Notes under the pieces: model-generated
What the model was told of the DNA's origin: nothing
Database searches by the model: none
Seen by the model: the letters and a program-made list of their open reading frames with translations, nothing else
Position numbers and translations under genes: made by a program
Shown: positions 49,295 to 63,111 of the stretch, one piece after another
Layout of the letters: each line of letters opens with the position of its first letter
Numbering within the stretch: position 1 is the stretch's first letter
Source of the DNA: Octopus vulgaris
Lineage: Eukaryota
Assembly (NCBI GenBank): GCA_951406725.2
Contig: OX597827.1
Location: 22,010,001-22,074,000, forward strand
Length of the DNA: 64,000 nt
Direction: 5' to 3'

Positions 49295-51691
49295 TACGTG
49301 CCAGGGGAGGCTGGCAGTGGCCACGATTGGTTGGTGCTTTTTACATGCCACCGGCACGGAAGCCAGTCAAGGTGGCGCTGGCATCGACCACATATGGATA
49401 GTGCTTTTTATGTGCCACCAGCACAGGTACCATAACTACAATGTCCATTTGATATTTATTTTGATGTTGGTGTATTTGACTCAATAGGTCTCCTCAGGCA
49501 CAGCAGGTCACCCTATGATCCAAGGTAAGCACAGCAGGTCGTTCTGCAATCCAAGGTACTTTGGATGGGCTGGGGCTATGCGAAACTGGTGCAAGAAACA
49601 GCCATGAACTCACATTATTTGTCGGGTCTTTGCAGTCAAAGCATATCTCCAGAGATCTCAGTCTTTCGTCATTGCCTCTGTGAGGCCCAACGTTTGATGG
49701 TCATGCTTGACCACCTCATCCCATGTTTTACTGGGTCTACCTCTTCCCCGGATATCTTCAACTGTTTGAGAGTGGCACTTCTTCACACATCTCTCCTCAT
49801 CCATCCGTAGTACATGACCATACCAGCGCAAACGTATTGTAAAACTATAATCATAGTGTGTGTATTCTCTTGAGTTACAATGAATATCAACCTATTGACC
49901 TTCACTACGACTACCACTGCCTAGCATCAACACAAAAATCAATACCAACCTGCTAACTTCTTCATGACTGACAACAGCAGCAATAGTTCAAACAAGATAA
50001 GCAACTCTGTCTAAAATATAAAAAACAGAAACACAAGAGAATGTAGTTTCCTATTGTATTTTAAAAGTTGCATGAAATGTCTTTGATCTTAGGTTAGTAA
50101 GGATTAACTTGACACCAAACAGCAATAATACAATTAACAAAAGTACTATGATCTTCTTCACTGTCACTTACATGAAAACCAATACAATCAACACCACTAC
50201 TATTACCAACCCCACCAACATTTGTGAATAACAGTTTTAGCATGGTAGCATTGTCTGTAGCTACATAGGTTTTATGTCAGTACAACAATGTGTGTGTGTG
50301 AGAGAGAGAAGAGTGTGAAAATTTTATGGCTCAAGTCAGAGATGCAAGATGCAAAGATCTTATGAACCTGATTACACTTCAATAGCTGTAATCATATTGT
50401 CTTCCACCCTTTCAGGCTTACATCTTCTTGTATCCATTCTTACAACCACAAGAATAAAGTAACAGTCTTTTGCTGTCAGAAAACAGTTCTTTCCTGGTGT
50501 TATTTGATTTTACTCCATATTTGTTGTGTTGATTGCCACTGCTGTTGAATTTACCTATGATTCTAGATGTCTGGAAACAAGTCATCAAGCAGGGCTAAAG
50601 GCAGCTGTGTGAAAAGGAGCCTTAAAGGGGTTATGTAAATATTAATCTGGATTTTTTAAAAAGGCTTCCAGGAGAAAATATCTGCTAATTGCCAAAGTGA
50701 GCACAATATGTGACAATAGAGAGAAAATTAAATCAAGTGCTTAAGAAGTTAATCTGTTAAATACTTGGATTCTGTTCTTTTCCTCCATCTAATATGATGC
50801 TTAAAACACAATGCCTCTTGAGTGTATGCAGGGAGGCATCAGACTTGATGTTCTGTGCTGATAAGCATGATGGAGAAAAGTAAGAAAGAAAAGCCAAAGG
50901 TTTTGGGTGATGAGTTGCAGAAAGAGTAAGATGAACTGTTTTACGGGGAAACCTTTTCTGGTTAGTAAAGGCTGTTTTGAAAGGTCTAAGAACCTCTATA
51001 ACACTACCTCATCTCTTCCTTTCACTGACTCTCTCCTTACAACTTCTTTGGCTCCTTGTCATTCTCATATTTATCTCTTTCATACAACCACTCCACTCAT
51101 TCCACCTGCTTCTATCCACCCCTATTACAAATAGCATTGGCTCTCCTTCAACTCAACCCGCCCCATCACCTTTTCTACTTTTTTTGTCTCTCTCTCTCAC
51201 TTGTCATAGTACTCTTTCCATGCCATTTCTCCGTCCTTCTCTTACCTCTGTTATTCTCTTCACTGCCACCCCCTTGCAACAATCAACCTGTTCCTCCCAC
51301 CACACTCTAAATTCTCTCAACACTTCATATAAAGTCTCCCTCTTATACTTTTCCTCAGTCTTGGATCTCTTAAGCCTTACAAATTATGAGCTGACCTCAT
51401 TTGTGCTTCTGTCGAAAAAAATGCACTCAGTACCCTCCGTGAAGTGGCTACAATTCAAGCAAAGACAATAACAGTTGGAGAAAACCCTTCAGTCTTGTTG
51501 AAGCAGGCATGGCAACATTAATAGAGCTGTTGCCATAAGAAATTGGTCCCAGTATTTGTAAAGGGGTTGATGTTAGGACGGGCACCCTGTCCAAGCATAT
51601 TTGAGTGAAATGTATTCCTCCACCCCCATTAGATCCTGTTGAATTGTCCAACTGATGCCAGCATGGATCATAAACATAAAATGATATTGAT

Positions 51692-51728
<37 letters not shown>

Positions 51729-53269
51729 GTTGAGCCTCACAGAGGAGATAACAAACAGTGATATGTGGTGCTTGAGAAGATTTATCTGTCTTGGCAAAAA
51801 TGAGGTCTCCAAAATATATTGTTAATGTCAATGCTTCTGTACCTGTCAAACCTTCCCAGCAACTCTTCTTCATAACACCCACACCTCCTTCAGATTCCAT
51901 TAGTTCTGGTGTCATGAGAAAAGCACACAATATGCTCTGCAAAATGATTGGCATTAGAGAGGGCATCTAACTGTAGAGACCTTGTCAAAAGGGACACTGG
52001 AAACCACTGCAGCCCTTTGGTTAGTTGGATCCTGGTCAACCCTTCCAACCCTTACTAGCATAGAACATGGACGTTAAATGATGATGATAATGATTTATTG
52101 GAAACATAACTGTTTAGATTTTATCTTTTTTTATTAGGATTTTTACATATCTGCATACCTGGCCATTGTGGTTTGTTTGGAACAATAAAGTTCTGAAATT
52201 CATTGCATCATTGTTTCCAGATTACCTCTGCCTCATCTTCAGGATATGGAGTAGTGTTGGTTTCTGTGCTGTCCCTTTTTATAGAGGGTAACTTTTGTTT
52301 TTGCAGACCTAACAGCCAGAATTTAGTTTAAGCAGATCTTACAGCCAGAAACTGACTGTCAGGGCTTTAGGTTTATCAGATTTGTATTTTGGTCATTAGA
52401 GCTACACTTCATTATTGATGTGTTTATCTTGTTTATGACATGTGTTTGTTGGGTTTGGATGTAGAAAAGAGAGGCAAACAATAACTGGCTTAAGGAATTT
52501 ATTTGTATGAAAAGATATGTATACAACTTACATGATGTAATCAATCTGTTTTGGATGACTGGTTGCTCATGTTTTCTGATGAGGATATCATGACTTTGCT
52601 GCATAGATCTATCAAACTTCATGCTAGTTACTCTACTTACAATATTACCTCAATATTGGACATCATTGCATAATATGCTCACTTATATGAACCAGTGTCT
52701 GATTATTCAAAACAGCTGTAAAGATGAGGCTTGATTACATCATGCAAATGATATTGTTTGTGTATCTTTTCTACTTCATATATATATATATATGCTTTAT
52801 ATATATGAGAATAAATAGCCTTGGACCAAATCATGGGTGGCTCCTTGGCAAGGCCTAGCATCCGGTAACCACCCAAACCAAAGTTATTCTTATATACTTA
52901 AGCATTACCTATCCCTGATGAAGAAGTTTGGGTTTAAGTTTAAGATTTCACTGGGAATTGCCTGGTAACTATCAACACACACACACACACACACACATGA
53001 GTGAGTGAGTGAGTGTATAAATGAAAGAAAGTAGCATTCAGTGCACTTGTTTGGAGTTACATCTATTTAATAACAGTTTCACTCAACTCCACATGACTTG
53101 AAGTTTTGTAGACACGTGAGACACATCCCTCTCATCAGATCTTTGGGGTCAAAGTGGAGGGTTTGAAAGAAATTCAAAAATGGCTTCTAAGTGTTTGGGC
53201 CTCTATTGGTCAGCTTAGGTCACCTGATATTAAAGCAATTAAAGCAACAGTTTTTCCTTTATTTTTGGA

Positions 53270-54600
53270 CAGCATGTTAGCAGTGAGGTTCAACATCTTG
53301 AGATCAGCCCTCACTGCTTCATTCCACATTTATGGATCTCCCTCTTCCACAAGTTCCATCCATTTTGAGCAATCAGAATTTCTTTATACAGCTGTATCAT
53401 CTATATACATCACATGACCAAACCAACACTCTCTTTGCATGCTACATTTGATTCCTTTTGTGCCTAATTTTTCTCTCAACACACTTGCATGATGTTGTAC
53501 ATGTTCACTGATGCTGCATATTCATTGGAGCAATATGAGCTTTGTTCCTCTCTTGTTTATGTATGTTAGCTGCATTCAAAACTCATGTCTTATACCAAAG
53601 AGTATAACCAACCATTCATACACAAGCATCATACAATTTGCTTTTCTTTCTGAAGAGAAGCTTTTCGTTTCAACTATATTTTCAGACTTTCTCCTCCACT
53701 ACTGATTAGGTTGCTTAGGTAACAGAAACTGTCTACTGACTCTAGGGAACCTCCTGGGCATTTGAGAGAGTCCAAATCCTGTGTCCTTAGTATTGGTCAC
53801 TCCTGTGCATCTACTACATACAAAGACTATTTTCTCTGTTAACCTTCCTATGATTTCACTGCACCTCGTATGGGTCCATAGCTGGCACTGGGTACCCCAT
53901 ATGAACTTCCTTCCAATACTTTTACTCCCCACCAAGCAGGGCCATTTACCTAGTGAAAAGAGTCTTGTCCATTTTCTTGCTCACAACAACTTCAGTTTTT
54001 ACTAGGTTAACTTTTAGATCCTTTCACTCCAGATTTTGCCTCCACACCTGTAATTTCTTTTCTAATTCCACTACAGATTTTGCTATAAGAGCAAGGTCAT
54101 CAGCATGTAGTAGTTCCCAAGGGTAGCCAGTCCTAAATTCTTTCAATGGCCTGAAGGATTGTGATAGATAGGAAGGGATTCAATACTAAGCCCTGGCGCA
54201 CTCCTATTTGTACACTAAATTCATTGCTGTCCTGATGGCTGCTAACTCACGCTACTGACACCACTCCTGTACATGGCTTGTATGCCTCCAACAAGTCTTT
54301 CCACTACTCCAGGGGTACTCCGTTGAAAGCGGCGAGCTGGCACAATCGTTAGCACACCAGGCGAAATGCTTTGTGGGTAGTAAAGAAATAGATATTTTGT
54401 CTGCCACTGCGTTCTGAGTTCAAATTCCACCGAGGTCAACTTTGCCTTTCGTCCTTTCGGGGTCAATTAAATAAGTACCAGTTACGCACTGGGGTTGATA
54501 TAATCGACTTAATCCGTTTGTCCTCTCTGTGTTTAGCCCCTTGTGGGTAGTAAAGAAATAGGTACTCTGTTGAAAGCCTTCTCCAGGTTTATGAATGCCA
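53270..54600 (-). mobile_element. Degenerate RTE-type LINE fragment interrupted by a SINE
   Basis: Minus-strand RT motifs are KAFNRVP, GVRQGLVLNPFL and WELLHADDLALIA, with stops and frameshifts. Confidence 0.75.
54329..54560 (+). mobile_element. SINE family B copy inserted in the RTE fragment
   Basis: 15-bp TSD ggtactc(c/t)gttgaaa at 54314-28 and 54561-75. Confidence 0.85.
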
Positions 54601-55055
54601 CGCACACATGCATATGCAACAGGCTTCTTTCAGTTTCTGTCTGTCAAATCCGCTCACAAGGTTTTAGTCAACCTGGGGCTCCAGCAGAAGACACTTGTCC
54701 AAAGTGCCACACAGTGAGACTGAACATGAAACCATTTAGTTGGGAAGCAAACCTCTTAACTACACAGACATGTGTACAAACATCCCTGGAAGTAGGTTCT
54801 TCAAAAGATTAAGTTTTTCAAGTGAGCATACAGGACATCAGTTGAAAAACTTTATCTTTTGAAGAATCTGTGAACCTCTAGGGACTGTATAAACCCTAAG
54901 GCTTAACCCATTACTTGGCTGTGATTCTTTTGAGCTCTAATCAGTGAATATATTCCCCCTATGCCATCATGTATGTAGCAATATATCCATTGCCCTCACC
55001 TAACTGGATGCACAAACATCTAAACATTGATAACCCCCCTATATCTTGACTTCCT

Positions 55056-55520
55056 GGCAGAAACGTTAGCGCGCCGGGCAAAATGCTAGCAGTATTTCAT
55101 CTGTTAAGGCGGTGAGCTGGTAGAAACGTTAGCATACTGGGCGAAATGCTTAGTGGTATTTCGCCTGCCGCTACGGTCTGAGTTCAAATTCTGTCGAGGT
55201 CAACTTTGCCTTTCATCCTTTCGGGGTCGATTAAATAAGTACCAGTTACGCACTGGGGTCGATATAATCGACTTAATCCATTTGTCTGTCCTTGTTTGTC
55301 CTCTCTGTGTTTAGCTCCTTGTGGGTAGTAAAGAAATAGGTATTTCGTCTGTCGTTATGTTCTGAGTTCAAATTCCGCCGAGGTCGACTTTGCCTTTCAT
55401 CCTCTCAGGGTCGATAAATAAAGTACCAGTTTCGACTGGGTCGATGTAATCGACTTAATCCCTTTGTCTGTCCTTGTTTGTCCCCTCTATGTTTAGCTCC
55501 TTGTGGGTAGTAAAGAAATA
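55056..55520 (+). mobile_element. Nested pair of SINE family B copies
   Basis: A full copy at about 55107-55338 sits inside another copy, with duplication (a/g)gtatttc(a/g)tctgt. Other family B fragments lie at 26260-26415 and 30415-30580. Confidence 0.82.
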
Positions 55521-56174
55521 TATCTTCATACTGTTTTTCTTTTGAGCTTCTCAATGGCTTACAAAATTTTTACTATTATAAGAGCTTGGCTTGATTTACT
55601 GTCCAGTGAATTATCTCCCTTTAATCAATCTGTCTTTTTTCCCCCACCAGGTATTCTCATTTAATCCTTGCTTATCTCATATGTAGTTGTTAAGCCACCA
55701 TGTTGACATTATCAGCTTGAGAAATGATGAAATAGATTTAATATTCCTGCCAGGAAACTCTGGGTTGAGGAATTTCACATGGTGTTGTGTGGTTTTTATG
55801 AATATCTTCACTCACTTGAGTGAGTGGTCTACTACTTGTTAAGCTTGTTGAACCGCATGTGTATGTATATACACATATATGTATGTGTATGAATGTCTGT
55901 CTATACAGATGTATAAATACTGTTTTTGTTTAAATTATATGAGAAGAAACCAGTTTATATAATGTGTATAACAGCATTCATGTTGAATCCTATGTATCTG
56001 TCTGTTTTACCCTAATAAAATTATCTTTTATTTTTTTTACACACACACACACACACATATAGATAGACAGATAGATAGATTGTCTTTATATATGTACTTA
56101 TGTAAGTTTAAAACTATGTGTATCATTGTAATAATCTGCATCTAAAATTTTGTGTCTATCTAAGCATATGATAA

Positions 56175-56226
56175 TGTGTGTATATATATATATATATGTA
56201 TGTGTGTGTATATATATACATATATG

Positions 56227-56262
<36 letters not shown>

Positions 56263-56266
56263 TATG

Positions 56267-56302
<36 letters not shown>

Positions 56303-56381
56303 TATGTATATATGTATGTGTGTGTGTATATATATATACATATATGTATATATGTGTGTGTGTGTGTGTGTATATATATAC

Positions 56382-56444
<63 letters not shown>

Positions 56445-56490
56445 TGTATGTGTGTGTGTGTGTATATATATCTATGTATGTGTGTGTGTG

Positions 56491-56551
<61 letters not shown>

Positions 56552-56578
56552 GTATGTGTGTGTGTGTGTGTATATATA

Positions 56579-56611
<33 letters not shown>

Positions 56612-56626
56612 GTGTGTGTGTGTGTG

Positions 56627-56664
<38 letters not shown>

Positions 56665-56746
56665 TATGTATATATGCATGTGTGTGTATATATATATATA
56701 TTGTGTATGTGTATATATATATATATACATACATACATACATATAT
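56175..56746. repeat. Compound (TA)n(TG)n micro/minisatellite
   Basis: Direct inspection; a higher-order period of roughly 20-40 bp is apparent. Confidence 0.95.
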
Positions 56747-58881
56747 GCAACATTCTGTTGTGTCTGGGGGGGGAGTCATTTTCTTTTTATGCTTTATAAT
56801 GTAACACACTCACCGGTAAAATTTCCACTTATTTCTTATTTTTATTTTCCTAAAATTTTCATGGTGTTTTATATGTATTTATATATATATATATATATAC
56901 ATACATACACATCTGTGTGCATGTATATGTGTATGGGTATGTTTGTGTGTGTATGAGGTGTATGTATGTACATTGATATATGTGCGTATGCGTATACATG
57001 CCTACTGCTTCAATCTCTGTCTCCCTCCTTTCTATACAGCTGTCTTTTTTTATTCTCTTTCACAACTCCCTATATTACACCTGATTAATAACTAACTACG
57101 CAAAAATGCTTCAGCCAAATGTAAATTTTGCATTATTTTATTCTCTGTCTGAAGAATTTCTAATATCTGACATGTTTAACCAACATGTACAACTTTGTAA
57201 TTCTTATAAGCAAATGAAACATGTAGAATGATGAATAAATATTACCAAAGAAACTTTCCAAATTCCTGTTTAAGCCAAGTAAAATCATCATCCATATATA
57301 CGGGTTTGTCCTTTGCCAGTGCTGCATAAATGCACGCATACATGAAAGGCACCCAACACACTCTGTAAAGTGGTTGGCATTAGGATGGGCATCCAGCTGT
57401 AGAAACCCTGCCAAAACAGACCGTTTGGAATATGGCCTGCTCTCTGGGCTGGCCTACTCCTGTCAAACCATCCAACCCATGCCAGCATCGAAAATGGTTA
57501 TATATATATCAGGGATGTGCCACCTAGGTAGGCAAGGTAGACAGTGCCTACTTTGAATAAAATAGATTAATAGCAATATTTTCCTTTTATGGCAAAATAT
57601 GCACCTAATTCAATAAAATTATGCAGGTTAGTCTGAATACTATGCATAAAATGCAAAATATTTTTGTAGATTAAGTAGGCCTAATTCGCCCCTACTTTTC
57701 AATCTCAGTATTTATGATGCACATAGAACTGCTGTAGTATATGTGCTGCGTACACTCCTACAACACCTTTTTCTGTATGTGCTATCAAGGCAGAAGTAAA
57801 TCTGCCTTCAACTTGGTCACGCGCCTGTGTTTCGCTTATTTTCTGTGTGTTTTACTATATAAAGGTCACCAACTACTTTCCCTGAGTAATTACTGAGAGC
57901 ACATACCTGATACACACACACACATGCACATGTGACAAATGAGAGAAATAGAAAATGGAATTCACAAGTTTCTTTATTAATGACAAAGATTGTTTCAGCC
58001 CATGTTGCATCGGTTCCTCATGAATGAAATGCTGTACAACTGGTTGTGGCTCGTCCTTCAATGCAGATGTGTCTCATCAGGTGACTTTTCAAATTCAAAA
58101 GGTACCTTGCTCAATAAACTTTTGCTTGGTTCTATTCTAATGCATGTCATTATTTGCCTGTAGCTGTTTGCCTACAGTTTCCATGGCCTGGAAGGACATG
58201 CGATGGATATTCATTCATTGAATCTTTCCATGCTACTAAGGCTTTGAAGGGAGTCTTTTCCAGCAAATTCTTCAAGTCTGGATTCTCTTCTAGTTATTGT
58301 ATTATGAGTACCCCCAACCCCCTCTCTTCTCAGCTTTTTTTTTTTTTCCTCCTGGCTATTCTTTTCCTCTTCTGCCTGTTTTTTTCTCTCCAGGCATCCC
58401 CTTCCTTCCCCTCATCTTGCTGGCTTCTTCTCCCTCATTCATATCTCCCTTTCTGGCCAGGCACCAATAACCCCTATCACTTGCCTCTCTCACTATCACA
58501 TACCTTTCCCCTCGCTCTCCCTCTCCCTGCTCCTACGTTAGCTCTCTGGGCTACACACTCTCTCTCTCTCTCTCTCACTCATTCCTACCATAATTCCCTT
58601 TCTGTCCTTGTTCTTACCACTATTTTCCCCTACCACCACCACTACTCTGATTATTACCACCAACATTACAATTACCACCACCTGTGCCACCATCTCCACC
58701 AACACCATTTCAACTATCAGTACCACACCACCACCACCACCAGTAAGCCTGCTGCCTGTGCTGACGTGTTCTTCACTGTATGGCTGTCACTGGTTCAACA
58801 ACTCCATAGCTGTGATCTTCAACTTCATTTCTTTCAGAATATGGCCTTCACTGATTCACACACACACACCTCCATCAATCT

Positions 58882-58884
<3 letters not shown>

Positions 58885-58972
<88 letters not shown>
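58885..58972. repeat. (CT)n microsatellite
   Basis: Direct inspection. Confidence 0.95.
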
Positions 58973-58978
<6 letters not shown>

Positions 58979-59348
58979 CTCCCTCCCTCCCTCCCCCCTC
59001 TCCACATCATTTATAGCATGGCCACATGCTATTATTCAGAAATTTTAGCTGAATAAATCAACTCCATTACCTCTTTTTTTTTGTCAAGTCTGGTATTTAT
59101 TCTATCAGTTTCCTATGCTGAACTGCTAAGTTGCGGTAATGTGAACACACCAACAATGGTTGTGAAGCAATAGTGGGGGACAAACATGATGAGCTTCTTT
59201 CAGTTTCTGTCTATCACATCCACTCACGTGGCTTTGTTAGGCCCTTGCAAGGTGCCATGCAGTGGGACTGAACCCAGAACCATGTGGTTGAGAAACAAAC
59301 TTTTTAGCAGACAACCATGCCTGTGCATATATAATATATATGTATATA

Positions 59349-59408
<60 letters not shown>

Positions 59409-59411
<3 letters not shown>

Positions 59412-60254
59412 GGTGCAGTGAATAAACTGTCGTCTAATTACGCAAAAATGAAAATAACACTAATAGCTCATTTTAACAGATATATTTACCAAAATTACAT
59501 AAAAATATCTTGAAATACTAAAAGAGTAAATTTATTCAATAAAATCACCATTGGCTTCAACCATGGCCTCCAGACATCTTTGGAATCTCCTGAAACTCTT
59601 CTGGATGGTCTCCTTGTTTCAGTTGGTGAATATTACCATAATTCTTGCCTTCAGTTCATCTTTGTTGTAACAAGAAGTTTTTTTTGTTTCTCGCTCAACT
59701 TCGCCCCACATACAATAATTAAGGGAATTGCAGTCTGGGGAGTTTGGTGGCCAGATGTTTGGGGTCATATGGTCGTAGAAATTGTCTGACAGTCATGACT
59801 GGTTCATGATTGGTGCAGAGTTCTGTTGCCAGACTTTGGATCTTTCAGCAGCCACCCTCTTGACACAAGAAAGCACTACCTCCTCTGGGCACTTGATATA
59901 GACCTCCATGTTGAGTCTGAGGCTGTGTGGGTAAATGAATGGAGGCACAACATCACTATCACTAGCGATCACTCCAAAACACCTTGATGTTGACTGGATG
60001 TTTGATTTTTATCACTCTCAGATTGACACCCAAACACTCTGAAATGTTCTCATTGAAGCTTCTGGCACAAATGCAAAGCAGTACAGTGTGTCATTTTCAA
60101 ATTTCTGGCAGAGTGAATTGCGTCATGGGGCTGTTTTTCTCACAGACAATGCCCAACTGCCCCTTCTATACTGTGTAGTCAACAAAATCAAAAACAATGT
60201 ACATGCACGAAATTAAAAATATAAAATGGTGACAATTTTACCCATTGCATCCTG
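59409..60254 (-). mobile_element. maT (DD37D) transposon remnant
   Basis: Reverse-complement homologue with termini cagggtgca...tgcatcctg, inserted in TA repeats. Confidence 0.85.
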
Positions 60255-60264
60255 GATATATATA

Positions 60265-60479
60265 GTTAATCCAAACATGAAAACACAAAGAGAAAACACA
60301 ACAATGCGAGGACATGGAACAAGAAAAGTGTTATTGGACGCTCAGGAAAGGAAAGAAAGAAGGAGGATTTAGCGTTTCGAGCGGAGCTCTTCGTCAGAAA
60401 CATAGGAAAAGGAAAGATCCAAGGAAGGGAAGACAGAGGAAAAAGAATCGCCAACGGTACACATGCTATCACATTTTGA

Positions 60480-60480
<1 letters not shown>
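60265..60480 (-). repeat. Same pseudo-LTR-like hammerhead family, minus-strand copy
   Basis: The minus strand reads tttCTGACGAagagctccgctcGAAACgctaaa at 60400-60368. The copy is flanked by (TA)n. Confidence 0.7.
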
Positions 60481-60528
<48 letters not shown>

Positions 60529-61023
60529 ATGTTGGGGTTTCAGTCAATGAAGGGGTGGGGAAAAGACACAGAGACACACACACACACACACACATTCTGT
60601 GCTATGGGCTTCCACAGTTTCCTTTTTACCATATTCCCTCACAAGGCATCCGTGAGCCAATGACTTGTAGAAGACACTGGACCTGAAACCTAAGTGAGAT
60701 TTTTAATCGTGCTGCTGTACCTGTCTACGTAATGTGTGTTTGTGTGTATGTATGTATATATATATATATGAGACCATAAATGTGAAACATGTGTTTGTGT
60801 GTGTCTGTGTTTGTACCCCCATGGTTGTTTTTATTTCCCCTGTAACTTAGCAATTTGGCAAAAGAGATCAATAGAATACGTACTAGGCTTACAAAGAATA
60901 AGTCCTGGGGTTGATCTGTTTGACTAAAGGCAGTGCTCTAGCATGGCCACAGTCAAATGACTGAAACAAATAAAAGAATATATATATTATATATATGTAT
61001 ATATATTATATATATGTATATAT

Positions 61024-61289
61024 ATTTATAAATTAGGGTATCTACGAGATACCACCATGCTGAAAATAGCAGCCATGAACCGACTCTAAAATCACAAGTT
61101 TTCATATAGCAGCATGGAGAAAAGACAAAGAGACAAGATGAAACTAGTAAAAAATTACTTTACTAGTTTCATCTTGTCTCTTTGTCTTTTCTCCATGTTG
61201 CTATATGAAAACTTAAGGTGGTTTTAGAGTCAGTTCATGGCTGCTATTTTAAGCATGGTGGTATCTCGTAGATACCCTAATTTATAAAT
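61024..61289. repeat. Fold-back inverted repeat, arms about 128 bp, 7-nt loop
   Basis: atttataaattagggtatctacgag...actagtaaa pairs with tttactagt...ctcgtagataccctaatttataaat. Confidence 0.9.
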
Positions 61290-61616
61290 TTAATAATTAT
61301 TACCTTTGAAGGTTATTTTTCTCATGCTGACCACTTGATAAGTTCGTTATTTTATTTTAGATTAACGATCTTATCCTTATATATAGGTATGTGTGTATGT
61401 ATGTGCATGTATAGATATGTGTATGTATGTGTGATAATTTGGAAATTTGATAGATCTGAAATAGCCATTTTCAATGGTGGAACTTGAAGATAAAGCTATA
61501 AACTAACACCATATAGATTATTGGTTTGACTCCACCACCAGCCTTTGATGAAATAAAATTAAAGGCAACCATCCAACAGCTATTACCTCCTTCAAATTTC
61601 AGCATTAAAAATGATT

Positions 61617-61686
<70 letters not shown>

Positions 61687-62899
61687 ATCTAAGCTTTTTG
61701 TTATTTTCCATTGTTTATGTTAAGTGCGTGGAATATATTATTTCTTTCTTTCTTTGTGAATGTGTGTGTGCGAATTATTGTCTGTTGTGTGTCAAGTGTT
61801 GTGTGTGAATGTTACTTTTTATGTGGTGGTGATCATGGGCAGAAGCATGGCGAAATGGTTCAGAAGTTTGCTTTTTCAATCATGAGCTCTTTGAGCAAAG
61901 TCATCAGCCACCCAAGCCACCATGTCACATTGAGTCTGCCTGAGAATTTACATTAGCAACCCAAATGTCTGTGGATTGCTCAAACACTACAACAGTTACC
62001 GACATTAACCCTTTGGCATTCGGATTGCTCTCGTCAAATGCAGTGCTTATTTTTTCATGTTATTTTAAAATTAATCATAGTCAAAACTATGGAAAAGGTT
62101 GCAAGACGCAACAAAAATTTTAGGACAATAAAAATAAGAAAAAAGTGGAAATTTTACCGGTGAGTGTGTTATATTATAAGGTACAAAAAGAAAATGACTC
62201 TCCCCAGGCACAACGGAATAATCATGAATTATTTTGTAGCTTTGAGATTTCAGTGACGTGACTATTTTTAGAATGAGGTGTGAGAGGCCGGATCTTATTG
62301 GTTTGAACACAAAACAGTATTTGGGTTGGATGTGGTAAGTTTAAGTACCAAAGAGCTAATAACCCTGCAAGATCACATATCATCATCATCATAATCATCG
62401 TTATGATCATGTGCAATTGTTTCTCTGTGTTACTTTCTATGTTAATTACTGATGTGCACATCATGTATTTCTGTGTGTGTTTGTCACCATTTGTGTATAA
62501 TTATGCGAATCAATAAAATGTTGTTTTGATTCAGTTCTGCTCTGACCTGGCAGATCTCTAGTGAAAAGGGTTTCCAGCTATGACCACCCCTTCTCTTTGT
62601 AAATCAGAGATTATGTTGTCCAATCTTTTCTTCTTTCTTAAAGAATATAGGGCAAGTATCATTGGAGGGTGATTTAGCTGCTAATTTTAGCTGTTCAAGT
62701 AATTCTCCCACAATAAAATGGATGCAATACAGTAGGTTGGTTAGGAAAATGCAGGTGAATAGGGATTTGTAGAGAGATGAAAGGATTGAGTGGTGGGGAT
62801 GTTATAGCAAAAAGGGACCCGGGTTAATGAGGATGCACTTGAACAGGGGTTTATAAACTACTCCTGAGAATAAGTGTCTTTAATTCAATTATTGGTTAA

Positions 62900-63111
62900 C
62901 CCTTTCGTTACTGTATTTTGAGATGCTCTGTGTTTCTTTCAATTACTTTAAATATAACAAAGAATTCAGTAAAATAACTTAGTTATCATTAAGCTAGTGT
63001 TAGGAACATGAATTGTGACTAAGGTTTTTGGTGGAAGATTTTAATTCAGATCATTTGAAAACAAGACCTACAGAGTCAGAGCTGGTTTCAGCCAGGTTGG
63101 TATCAAAAGGG
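62900..63111 (-). mobile_element. piggyBac-type MITE, copy 3
   Basis: Reverse-orientation copy of the 1922/2173 family, with TTAA flanks at 62896 and 63112. Confidence 0.85.

Noticed and set aside
52226-52308. Possible minus-strand exon (LQKQKLPSIKRDSTETNTTPYPEDEAE) with AG/GT ends
   Set aside because: The acceptor is weak, and there is no homology or linked exon.
57509-58300. Possible hAT transposon 5' end with decayed transposase
   Set aside because: There is only a CAGGG-type start and a vague resemblance, with no second TIR, TSD or readable motif.
58154-59056. 300-aa plus-strand ORF
   Set aside because: It runs through pyrimidine-rich, (CAC)n and (CT)n low-complexity DNA, with no domain and no splice support.
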